64,000 bases of DNA from Macrostomum lignano (taxonomy: Eukaryota): assembly GCA_002269645.1 (NCBI GenBank), contig NIVC01000061.1, positions 930,001-994,000 of the forward strand, given 5' to 3'. Positions 13,186-24,683 of the stretch are shown piece after piece; within the stretch, counting starts at the first letter, position 1; every line of letters begins with the position of its first letter. The notes under the pieces are model-generated. The model did not search any database, was not told where the DNA came from, and saw only the letters and a list, made by a program, of their open reading frames with translations. The position numbers and the translations under genes are program-made.

Positions 13186-14734
13186 AGTATCAATTTCATT
13201 AATAGATAAAGAAGGCCTAGAGTAAGGCCTTCCTAGCTTTAGGGAGGGCAAAGTTAAGTTTTTTGGCTAAGTGACATTTTATTATTTTAACAAATAATGT
13301 TAACAACATTAACAACAATGCTAAGCCCTAAGCAAAACCTTTATAGAATTCAAAACTTAAAACACTCTTGAAAAATGGCTTTTTTTCATTGTTATTATAT
13401 TACACCTAGTATTAGTTTTGCATTCTAAATGAAACTTTTTCTAAGGCAAGCAAAAGTTGCTTGTCTAACAATCAAAATAAGAATTTTTTCAAGCTAAGTA
13501 AGAAACATATTAGAAACAAAGACTATGGCAAATCAACTGTGTTTAACAAGCAATGAGGATAGGAAGTGCCTAGTAAGTGTTGTCAAAAATAATTACTCAA
13601 TTTAGACTGCATTTAAAATCCTTAATCCAAATAGTGATAGACCAAGGTGGCCACAAAGTAAGCCCATTCCTTATTGGTTTGGAAGTAGGAAGTAGGAGAT
13701 AATATCTGTCTTTAAGCACTATGTCAGGACCAACAACTCAGTTGAGACATCTATGGGTAGAATTCCTAGGTGTCTATGGGTGGAATTCCTGAGTGGTATA
13801 ATATATTAAGGCATCTCAAAGCAAGGCAAGAAAGCCCTGAATTTCTACTAGAAACTGGATCTAGTACAAAGAGATACTAAGCATATACAATGGTTATCTA
13901 CTAGGCTAGCCTATCTACTAGCACTAGCAAGTGCATGCCTCAATACTAGGTACCAAAGGACCCAAATGTCAAGTATCCAAATGACAGATGCAGCCATTGG
14001 GCATGCATTGGTTGGTATCTACAAGCAACTAAGAAGGAGGAATGAAGTAAAACAATAATAAAACAATACCTACACACTGCTTATTTTCCCTTTATTGAAG
14101 GTTGTCTAAAATCTATAGGGCTAGACCTACTTTACAGATGTTGGATCTTCTTCAACCATGAATCCTCTTGCTCTTTATGTCTTATCTATTGCAATTGCCA
14201 TGCCTGCATTACTTTTCAAAATGATCTTTTCTACATGCAAGATCCAATTGTTACTCTTACTTTTACTATTAATATTTTGTCCTTAACCCCAGCAGCATCC
14301 TTACCTATCCTTCGCTGCCAATTCTCTTAATCTATTGTCACATCACTGTACTACCTTGGTTAATTACCAATTAGGACTATAGGCTAATCCTATTGTAAGA
14401 TATAACTATACAAAAGGATCCTATAGATTATAATAATAATTAAAGATTATTTAGATATTGGCTCATTGCATCATTTAATCAGTACTTCCTTTTCTCATAT
14501 AGTTCTCACTGTGTGCTATTATCAAATTTGTTTTTTCTTTTGTTTTGAAAGTTTTCTTTTTATTTTGCAGAGCAAAGTTTTCATAGTTCATCTATAATGC
14601 TTATTATAGCTCATTGAGCCTTTTTATAAATGTTTTATTTTTATGCAATTAGTTTACTATTATCATTGCTACTGTTACCAATATAGTTTATAGTTTTCTT
14701 TTTTCTTTAAGTTTACAGGTTACAAACTTTTCCT

Positions 14735-14743
14735 CTCTTTCTG

Positions 14744-14824
<81 letters not shown>

Positions 14825-14825
14825 G

Positions 14826-14900
<75 letters not shown>

Positions 14901-14905
14901 GTCTC
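14735..14905. repeat. (CT)n microsatellite
   Basis: Direct reading. Confidence 0.98.
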
Positions 14906-15202
14906 TTTCAATCTTTTTTTCTTGCTCTCTCTTTTTTTCTCTTTTTTATATATGATATATTATATGATATATGATAGATGAGATAAAAAAAAGAGAACAA
15001 AAAGAGAAGATAGAAAAGAGGTCTGAAAAGAGACAGAAAAAAGAATGTGGGATAGAAAAAGAATGGAACAAAGAAATTTCAATGGACTTTAGTGACAGAG
15101 AAGATAAGCAGAGACTAAAGGCCAAAAGTTTGCCAGGCACTGCTTTAGATGAACAGACTTTATATCATTCTATAGGCCTATAGCATTGTAGCTGCTGATG
15201 AG

Positions 15203-15594
15203 TAGAGGTCGGACGGGATCCCGATCCCGATCCCGAAATCTCGGGATCCCAAGGAAAATTGAATTCCTGCGGGACCAGAATCCCGACCCTAAAAAACTCG
15301 AGATTCGGGAATAGGTCTTTTGATTAATAATTTGTAGAATTAGTGATTACTTGAAAGTATTTTGCTTTAACTTGTACTTGTTACATTATTTACTTTGTTG
15401 GTTTCAAAACTTCATATCAATTTCGTTGTGTTTTACTTTTTGATCTTGACAATCTTTTCTCAATTTCGTTTAACTTTACATGGACAATACACTAAAAGAC
15501 CTGATCCCGATTCCCGAATCCCGATCCCGATCCCAAGAAAAAATTATTCCCAATCCCGATCCCGCCCGAAGATTTCAATCCTGTCCGACCTCTA
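15203..15594 (+). mobile_element. hAT-type MITE, copy 1
   Basis: TIR TAGAGGTCGGAC / GTCCGACCTCTA; 8-bp TSD CTGATGAG / CTAATGAG (7 of 8 match); GATCCC-rich subterminal repeats. Confidence 0.88.
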
Positions 15595-16197
15595 CTAATG
15601 AGATCAATGCTTGTTTCAAATCCTAACATGATATGAATTCACTCTATTTTTGTTTACTTTTATCTTAATTTAATGGCTAGGCCTAGCCACCTAGGCCTAA
15701 TAATAAGTTTTTGTTTAAGTATGACTTTAGATTTCTGACTTCAAAATGCATACAAAAAAGTTCTAGTGATTAGAATTCAATAGGTAAAATCTATGAGTTT
15801 CAATAGCTCAATATAACCTTATTATAATGTTCAATGTAGGCCTAACCTATAATTATCAATAGGCTTATGCAACTTTTTATAATATTTGAACACTTGAATT
15901 TTTCTATTTAATAATTTTAGTTCTTTGAGTATAGCCTAGCTATTTTTGTAGTATACTCTTCAAAATAGATTATTTTTAACTATAGGCGTACATCATTAGG
16001 CTTATATTATATATATTCCTTTAAACCACTAAATGCCTTTTTTTAAAATGCTTCTTGAAAAAAATGAAAAAAGCTTTTAAAAATCTCACTTTGCTTGCTA
16101 AGAATGCCTAAAATGCTAGACTGAAGTGCAACGAAGGTTGGGGTTGGGCAAGGGCTAGGGTAGGGGCCTTATAATTCATTTTTGCTATTCAATCTCA

Positions 16198-16570
16198 GAT
16201 TGCTTAAAAAGTCTCATTTAGCATGCAAAAATCAATAATAGAAACAAATAATTTAGATTATTTATTATTTGTTTGCTATCCTTTGGTTTCTTGCTCTAAA
16301 TTATTTAAACCCTTTTTTGAACTTTTCAGAGTCTGACAAGCTCACAGAGTTCTCACAAGAGTTCACAGAGTTCTATATAGAGTAGTAGTATGTTATCCAG
16401 TAGAGGATATTGCCGAAGTGCTGATGGGGGAAAGCTCGGTGAATGGTTAACCATCAGATGGTTGGCCAACATGTTGTAGGCTGCCTATTGGTCTGGGGTT
16501 TAAATAATTTAGAGCGGGAAACCAAAGGATCGCCACTTTGATTTTTGATTGCTTTGTGAGATAGGCAATC
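16198..16570. mobile_element. Old degenerate inverted-repeat element (MITE-like)
   Basis: Inner arms 16278-16312 and 16495-16530 are near-perfect reverse complements; outer arms (GATTGC...CAAAAATCAA) match loosely. No TSD readable. Confidence 0.5.
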
Positions 16571-16782
16571 ATAGGCCTAACTTAGTAGCATATTATAATT
16601 ATAATTATAACTCATTAAGGCCTAGGCCTACCTTTCTTTGGGGTAGGCCTACAGCACATTTCATACCTAGGTCAAATGTAAAGTTTTAATTAATAGTAGG
16701 CTGCTAGGGCTTAAGCCGCCTAATACAGTAGAGTAGGCCTAGTCAGCAAGCATTTAGGTTAGGTTAGGTAGGTCCTGGTTAA

Positions 16783-17379
16783 GGCAGTGCTTATCCCCAC
16801 AGTACCGTAGGAATAATTTCTGTCTTATTCCAACGGTACCATGCGAATAATTTTCTGCTTATCCGCACGGCACACTGAGGAGATAGCTGCCCTATCTTCT
16901 ACATATGCCGTGTGGGAAGTTTAGTACATACGATTTGAGTGCAGTATAACAACTTTGTTGAATTATTGTTGAATAAGTATACAGAAGGGTATCAGTAAAG
17001 CAGAATAACACGCATTTACACATGCATATACTAGTCTAGAACTGATTCGAGTTTATACATCAAGATCAACAGCTTCTTAGTATCCTCAGTTCGAATTCCC
17101 TTTCAATAAGCTATAAACTATTCACGCACAGCATATATATGTAGCAGATAGGGCAGCTAGTAAAGCAGAGGGGGAAATGGAATAAAACAGAGGACGTGTA
17201 GGGTAGCTATCTCGTCAGTGTGCCGTGCGGATAAGCAGAAAATTATTCACACGGCATATGTAGAAGATAGGGCAGCTATCTCCTCAGTGTGCCGTGCGGA
17301 TAAGCAGAAAATTATTCGCACGGTACCGTTGGAATAAGACAGAAATTATTCCTACGGTACCGTGGGGATAAGCACTGCC
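16783..17379. mobile_element. Non-autonomous DNA transposon with 132-bp TIRs and a 9-bp TSD (Mutator-like; Merlin not excluded)
   Basis: TIRs 16783-16914 and 17248-17379 differ at 2 positions; TSD CCTGGTTAA at 16774-16782 and 17380-17388. Confidence 0.9.
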
Positions 17380-17865
17380 CCTGGTTAAACTAAACCTAGC
17401 CTAACTAAAATCTAAATATCGATTTTAAATTATAAAAAATTAAATATCTAAAAAACTAAAATACAACTGAAGCGTCTGTAGCCTTTACACACAATACAAG
17501 TAAAGTATCAAAGTTCGGATTGAATAAAACACTAGCTAAAAATAGTCATTACGTCAATGGTCAATTTTAGCCAAATTACACAAAAAGCAGATCGGCAAAA
17601 AACGCGTGGTACGTTCAATTACCACGGTGCTAGACGAATTACGTTGTTTGGACATTTTTTCTAAAATTATAGTACTCTAATTTATAAAGTTATGAAAAAA
17701 TTGAACTAAAAGTTCTAAAAAGCTTACCATGTATATTATTTATCTTGTATACGTATACAATTTGTTTGACCTTTCATCAAAAGTTTAATTTTTTAATTTA
17801 AAAACTATTATATTTATCGTAACTTGCTAGATTGCTTGCTTGCACGCATGCATGCAGACGACTAA

Positions 17866-18125
17866 GGGCCTTTTCATATTACCAATTCCAGAACCAGAAT
17901 CGGTTCGGAATTCCAAGAAAAACAGCAGTATAACTATTTAACTCTGTTAATATTTGACTGCCTTAACAACCTCACTAAGTACAAATTTTCACTTTCTTCT
18001 TGGCGATTGTCATTTAATATTAATAATAAAAACTTTATAGGACGTATCTCCCTCTAGTTATGGAGACAAAAAGTTATACTTCACAAAGTATTTGAAAAGG
18101 CTTATGAACACTTATGAAAAGGCCC
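17866..18125. mobile_element. PIF/Harbinger (Tourist-like) MITE, 260 bp
   Basis: Perfect 13-bp TIR GGGCCTTTTCATA / TATGAAAAGGCCC; TAA on both flanks (17863-17865, 18126-18128). Confidence 0.85.
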
Positions 18126-19659
18126 TAACTCTGCAATGTATTATATATGAAACGTTATACAAATTATAATTATAAATATAATTTTTTAATTTTTAACTTT
18201 ATCCAATTGAAATTTGATATCAAAATCACTAGTCTAGTAATAGTAGTACCATTACAAAATTTACGATTTGAAGCTTTGCTTAAAGTAATGTTTGGTGTAC
18301 ATTTGCATACACCCAAAAATTGGTCATTTCTTTTCTGGGTACATTGAACATTCCAAACTATGGTAGGCTAGGCCTAGCTCTAATCTAACTATGGTACCAA
18401 GCATTTTTTACTTTTTATACGTAGTGCTGCTACACAAAGCATGCCAAAAAACTTTGCCGACTTCTTGATGCATGCTGTGCACATGGTATGATGGTACAGT
18501 ACTAGATTGCCTGGGACCTTGTTGCACACAAGGATTGCAAAATCCTGGTTTTTGTGATCCTAGGATCCTAGGATTTAATCCTAGAATTTGGCCAATCCTG
18601 GGTCCTGGGAATGGGATTCAATCCTGGGATCAAAAAATATTGATTTTTAAGCTTCTAGGTTCTAGGCAAAATATGCGTGAAACATTTTTTTGCTTTTATT
18701 TTGATTGTTAAGGGGCGGCTAGGGGCCTGGCCTATAGAGTTAATGATCTATTTATAGATAAAAAACAAGATTATCTTGTGACAAGACAATTAAGTTAGTA
18801 GTAATAAAGTCAAGAAGAAAATTAAAATTTCAAAATTTAAATTAAAATAAATTTCATAATTCATTATCTTATATCTAAAGCTGAGTGGATCGATCGACCG
18901 GCCGGGTTTAACGCGTATCTCCTCCTAAACGGCTGGCAACTCAAATGCGCGACTTATATATATCAATGCAGAATTTTCCTACGCAACAAATAGGCTATTT
19001 TAATGTTGAAATTTTCAAAATTAAGTCTGCTAAAAAAGCAGAAAACTGTTTTCTTAACCTTCTTTGGCCACTTTGCCTCTCCAGTGGCATTAGTTGTAAA
19101 AACAACCACCCCAACCTCCCCCCGCAGGTCGCTGTGTATTGGAGGGGTGGGTGATGCGTGTTCTGGGTTCAATGCTAATAAAACCCCCGCGTGTTGGGGG
19201 GTTCAGTTAAACTTAATGATTCCCCCCAGAACGGAGGGTTGGTTTGGGCTGAGTGTACATAGCAATGTACATTGTAAACAGATAGATAGGACTGTGTCGA
19301 GATTCAATTGGTTTTATTATCGGCGCCTTTCGAAAGGCAGCCCTGGCTGTATATTAGCTGGGCAGTGAAATTCAATGAATAAACAGCAGGCAGGTGAATG
19401 TACACTCGATACTTAATGCTTTGAAGCTTTGCTCGATCTTGCAACGCTAAATTCGGGGATATAAGTTATTTGCTTTAAATATGAAAACAAAAAGCACAGC
19501 ATTGAAAAAAACGATTTCCATACTTTTAAACTTTCTGCCAAGATTGTAGTTGGGGGGAGGTTGCGTACACAAATTCAAGCCAGCTATCATTTGAGGAATT
19601 TCAGTAATGGAGGAGGCGGGTGACAAATTTCAATTGGTTTGATTATCGGCGCTTTCAGT

Positions 19660-21270
19660 CCGTCAGATAAGAGAGTAGAGAGAAGAGATTTCAAGGAGAA
19701 GAGAGGATAGAAAGATGATAGAAAAGACAGTAGATATGAGAGCTGTGAGATTAAAGACGAGTCGACGACAGAGGGGAGAGAAGAGGGGAGTGAGGCGGGA
19801 ATGATGAAGAGGGAGAGCGAAGAGAAGAGAATGTAGAGGGAAGAAAGGAGGGGAGAGAGGAAAATGAGAGAGCAAAGGAGGGAGGAAAGATGGGAGGAGA
19901 GAGGAGGGATAAGATAGTACAGAGGAGAGAGAAGAGAGAGGAGAGATGAGACAGGAGACGGTAGAGAGAAGAGGGGAAAGATGAGAGATGAAAAGGGAGA
20001 GGGTAAGAGAGAAAATAGGAGTATGAGAAATGAGAGCAGAGAGGAGAGACGAGAGAGAAAAGAGAGGAGAGAGAGAGGACAGGGTAGAGGAGAGGCGATA
20101 GATAAGCGAGTAGAGATGAGAGATGAGAGAGAAGAGGAGAGATAGAGAGAAATGAGAGAAGACAGGAGAGAAGAGATAGAGAGAAGAGGGGAGAGAGAAG
20201 CGAGAAGAGAAGGGAGAGAAGAGAGAGATGAAAAAACAAATGAGAGAGCAAAGGGAAAAGATGAGAGAATAGAGATGAGAAAATAGAGATGAGAGCGTAG
20301 AGAGGAGAGATGAGAGATGGGAGGTGATTGATAAGAAAGTAAGAGTAGAGATGAGAGAGGAGATGGAGAGCAGGAAGCAGAAAGAAGAGATTAGATAAAG
20401 GAGCAAAGAGGAGAGAGGCGACAGGAGAGAGTCTCAGTCTGGACGATGGCAGTCAATTTTTGTAAACAGGGAAAACATGCTATGATATTTCAGAGGTTTT
20501 ATGGAGGATTTGGAAGATTTGGAAGATTTTTTGACGTATACCTAGACAAGTAAAAAGCATATTTTTATAGACTTCAGTTTCATAATCTTGATTGACTGAA
20601 ATTTGATAGAGATAATATTTTTTTAAATCGATGGATTGTAGCTTGAAGGAGATGATACACGCTTGATTGCAGTTTAACGGAGAGGATTTTGATGATGGCT
20701 GTTTCATGGAGAGGATGAAATGGCTACATGAAATGGAATAGAGAAAAGAGAATAGGAAAGAGAAGATAAAAGATTAGATGAAAGAGAACATGAACAGAGA
20801 GAATTAAAAGGGACAGATTAGAGAAAAGAAAAAGAGAATAAAGGCAAGAGAAGAGATGAGGGAATTGAGAGGAGAGAGGAGAGGGGGGTAAGAGAGGAGA
20901 AAGAGGAGACAGGAGGGAGTAGAGCCGAAAGACGAGAGAGAAGAGATAAATGAGTAGAGATGAGGGGAGAGAGAGGAGAGAGAAGCGAGATTATAAGGGA
21001 GAGAGGAGAGGGGAGAAAGTAGAGAGATGAGTGAGCAGACAGGAGATAAAGGAGAGGAGAGAGAAGAGAGAAGAGATAAAAGAGGAGAGAGGAAAAAGTA
21101 GAGGAGAAAGTAGTGAGGAGAAAGAAGAGAGTAAATATGAGAGCGCAGAGAGGAGAGATAAGAGAGTAGAGATGAGAGATGAGAAATGATAGATAAGCGA
21201 GGAGATGAGAGCAGAGAGGAGATAGGAGAGATTAGAGATGAGAGAGCAAAGAGGAGAGAGGAGACAGGCG
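19660..21270. repeat. Two blocks of AG-rich low-complexity sequence (about 19660-20430 and 20740-21270)
   Basis: Purine-rich degenerate GAGA/GAGAG runs; the minus-strand L/S/F-rich ORFs are artefacts. Confidence 0.9.
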
Positions 21271-21510
21271 AGAGTCAGTCTGGATGATGGCAGGCAGTCA
21301 GTTTTTGCAAACAGGTAAAACAACATGGTTTTTGGGAGCTTAATAGAGAATTTGGAGAGGATTTGGACGATGGGATTCGTGTCATTGGATTCAGCTGATG
21401 GATTTCAGAAAATGAAATTCTGGCGATGGGAGTTCTTCCCCTTACTCCGCCAACGGAGGAGTTGGCCTTGTCATATATAAATCTATGACTTATGATGCCA
21501 GGTTTAAAAA

Positions 21511-21880
21511 GGCGCCACACAAAGGGTCCATGTAAACACTGCAATGGGACCACGATGGGACTGCAACAGACTGCAATGGACTAAAATCTGAATGATTATG
21601 ATATAATAGCTAGATTGCATGTTAAGGTTTGACTATCAATATCAACTATAAGGTTTCTTGCTAGATCCTATTATATGTGCTAACTGCATAAATGCAATTG
21701 AATTATTTGAATTATGAATAAGCTAATGCATTGGCAAGAATTTATAATTTATTGTACTTTCAGGTAAAAACTTTGCTTGAAGTCTGTGGCAGTTTCTTGA
21801 GGTCTATTGGGGTCTATTGTGGTCCCATTGTAGTCTATTGCAGTCTGTTGCATCCGTTGCAGTATTTACATAGCGGCGCC
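21511..21880. mobile_element. Degenerate inverted-repeat element (MITE-like)
   Basis: TGCAACAGACTGCAATGGACT (21562-21582) pairs with 21832-21852; ATGTAAACACTGCAA pairs with TTGCAGTATTTACAT; GGCGCC at both ends. Confidence 0.5.
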
Positions 21881-22348
21881 ATATAACATAAGGCAATTTA
21901 TAATTAATAGAAATTAGTACAGTATAATAAACTTGTTTTGGGTCCAATTATATTCATATTACAAAACTTTTATAAAAATAATAAGGGCCTAGCAAAAAAT
22001 TATCCCAATATTTATACTTGATGCATGATAAATAGGATTTTGGGATTTTGATTTGATAGGATCAGGATTTTGGGATCCCGAGATCCTAGGATTTTAATCC
22101 CTAATTACATGTGATAATTTTCCCCTAAAAATAATATCTTTTAGAGTATGCCCTCTTTAACAAATTTCTACTAGTTGCATTATTGCAGCTTAGCTATGGC
22201 TTAGCATCTTGTTACTCATTGAAATAGTCACCACTAGGCCTACTATCTATAATATTCTGTTAACTTTCTATAATAAACATGCCTTTCTTATATATAGAAC
22301 TTAGCAGTCTTTAAGTCAAAGAAGTTTGATGTTCAACTTTAGCTCTGC

Positions 22349-22505
22349 ACTAGCAATCTTCATCCCCCAATGGGAGACATCTGGATAGAATCCTTGTTTT
22401 TTACAAATAACAAATAGTGAAATAGACAGCAAAATAAAGCTTTCATAAGAAAACAATAGATATTCACTCTAAAAACAAAACATCCCAAGACAGCAAGTAT
22501 CCCTT
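22349..22505 (+). repeat. Dispersed repeat, copy 2 of 9228-9372
   Basis: Alignable by eye to 9228-9372, with a small insertion. Confidence 0.85.
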
Positions 22506-22545
22506 CTAAAATATAATAGTCTGATTATGGTAAGATTGTTTAGAC

Positions 22546-22943
22546 TAGAGGTCGGATAGGATTGAAATCTTCGGGTAGGATTGGGATTAGGAAAAATAAT
22601 TCTCAAGATTGGGATTGGGATTTGGGAATTGGTATTAGGTCTTTTAGTGTATTTTAGTTTGTAGGTCCATATAAAGTTAAATAAAATTGAGCAAAAAATG
22701 TTAAGATCTAAAAGTAAAACACAACAAAATAATGCAAAGTTTTATAACCAACAAAGTAATAATGTAATGAGTACAAATTAAAACAAAATACATTCAAGTA
22801 ATCACTAATTCTATAAATTTTAATCAAAAGACCTGTTCTCGATTCTTGTTTTTTTAGAGTCAGGATCTTGGTCCCATAGGAATCCAATTTTCCTTGGGAT
22901 CCCAAGATTTCAGGATTGGGATCGGGATCCCATCTGACCTCTA
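22546..22943 (-). mobile_element. hAT-type MITE, copy 2 (inverted relative to 15203-15594)
   Basis: Same TIR family; perfect 8-bp TSD GTTTAGAC at 22538-22545 and 22944-22951. Confidence 0.9.
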
Positions 22944-24317
22944 GTTTAGACTATATAGTGGATGCAGCAAAATCTTCCAGCCTAGCTAAGCTTCATTAGT
23001 ATCCAAGATATGCAAATAGCTATGTATGGCTTATGATTATGCATAGGTGACAAAAATGGCTGCTTCTATTGTAATTTCTTGTATATAATATGTAGCTAAC
23101 AATTATTATAGTTGGCTTGGCTATGATAGTTTACCTGCATGAACAAAAGAAGTTGGTATATAGCATGCCATGTATCATTTATCACGGTTATCAAGATCTT
23201 TTTTAAATGCAGTTTCTGATTCGGTAACTGATTGCTTTATCTAGACGTGAGTGACCACTTAGTAAAGCAATATGTCTTGTTATGGAACACCTATTTTTCA
23301 TTGCAGTTGACAATAATCATGTTTGTTCTAAAGCAGCAATAGCTAGCAGATTTCCAGCTATTTCTGCTTGTTTTCTATCAATAACTGATATGGCACCTAC
23401 TTTGTTAGCTTTTTAGTAAAGCCAAGGGCTTGCAAATTATTGCAGAAATTGATTTACTGCATCTAAACTCAATCACAATTTTGGTATATAATGTGGCTGT
23501 GTTGGCTGCAATCAGCTTGAGTGTCTAGTCATCAAGAATGGGAGGTTGGCTATCATATTCTTTGTTGAAAATGTCTTTGTTTCCATTCCTACACCATTTA
23601 AAACAGACACCTTAGATATTAGTAAAGCAATGGCTATGACCAAGCTGCCAAGCTTATAATCATAAAAAAGCACAAGTTTTAACTTTTGGCTAGTCCATGT
23701 TCAAGGCTGAAATTAGGCAATTTAAATTAAGTATATCTACTAAGGTTAATATTATCTTTAAGAAAAAAACTGATTCTTTTACTAAGTTTCTAAGTGCAGA
23801 GCTATTCATCAAAGCAATATATATTGATATTTGAAAAAAGGAATCTGCAATAATTGCAAGAACTTTTGGATGCACTGGATATATAAACATAGTGTTAAGG
23901 TTATGCTAAGATACTAAGTCTAGGTTATTGATATTCAATGTGTAGCACATAAAACAGTGAATGTAAAGGCATGTTAATAATTGTCAACTTATTTTTAACT
24001 ATGCTATCAGATTTTTTGTGTTTATTACTTCATTTTATGTTGTTTTGTCCTTTACAAAAGTCTTAAATAATATGCTTTTCTGGACAGCAGTCAATAATAT
24101 AGGTAGTTGCTTTGTCTTTCAATCAAATAGCTAAATATCTAGATTTAGCATGTCATGGCACCTTGCCCTTTTAATGGTTATCTTTTTTAATTTTCTTAAC
24201 TTACTTATAGCTACTCTCGTTGTTTACCTTTTACAATATTAAATGAATACCTGCCACATTGATATCATGGTTGATAATTTTGAAACATTGCCATCTATCT
24301 GGCTTTGCAGCACCACC

Positions 24318-24683
24318 ATGCCAGGCTCGGACTCCGATGAAGAATATGGAACAGTTGTGCGCAGCCGACTCAAACTCAAGTGTGCGGGTGGTGGTGTTGA
24401 AAGCTCGTCAAAAAAGAAGAGCAAGAAAAAGAAGAAGGATAAAAAGCGTAAAGACAAGTTGGATAGCAAAGAGTTGCAGCAGCAGCAGACAGCTCCTCCA
24501 GAAGAAGTGGACACCAGGACGGCAGCTGAGAAGGCTCACGCTCGAGTAGTGGAAGCCCGCATGGCCGAACAGCTGTTGAAGCGGGCCGAGAAGTCGCACA
24601 AAGAACGAATTATGGAATTCAATGCCAAGTTGGAGAACTGCTCCGAGCACTTCGACATACCCAAGATCTCGTGGACCAAGTAG
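24318..24683 (+). CDS. FAM32A: FAM32A-family protein, 121 aa, intronless CDS
   Basis: CCACCATG start; LKLK motif followed by a lysine-rich stretch; C-terminus KSHKERIMEFNAKLENCSEHFDIPKISWTK matches the family motif HYDIPKVSWTK. Confidence 0.92.
   Translation: MPGSDSDEEYGTVVRSRLKLKCAGGGVESSSKKKSKKKKKDKKRKDKLDSKELQQQQTAPPEEVDTRTAAEKAHARVVEARMAEQLLKRAEKSHKERIMEFNAKLENCSEHFDIPKISWTK

Noticed and set aside
17600-17640. Hairpin CGTGGTA/TACCACG followed by CTAG, resembling a Helitron 3' end
   Set aside because: Spacing is too short, CTAG is followed by A rather than T, and no matching 5' TC end was identified.
19663-21326. Hydrophobic L/S/F-rich ORFs that look like membrane proteins (also 49684-50608, 61847-62398)
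   Set aside because: They arise from CT/AG low-complexity tracts.
24243-24317. N-terminal extension of FAM32A in the ORF track
   Set aside because: The ATG at 24318 has a strong CCACCATG context and fits the family length; the upstream part follows an AT-rich tract and has an acceptor-like tttgcag just before it.
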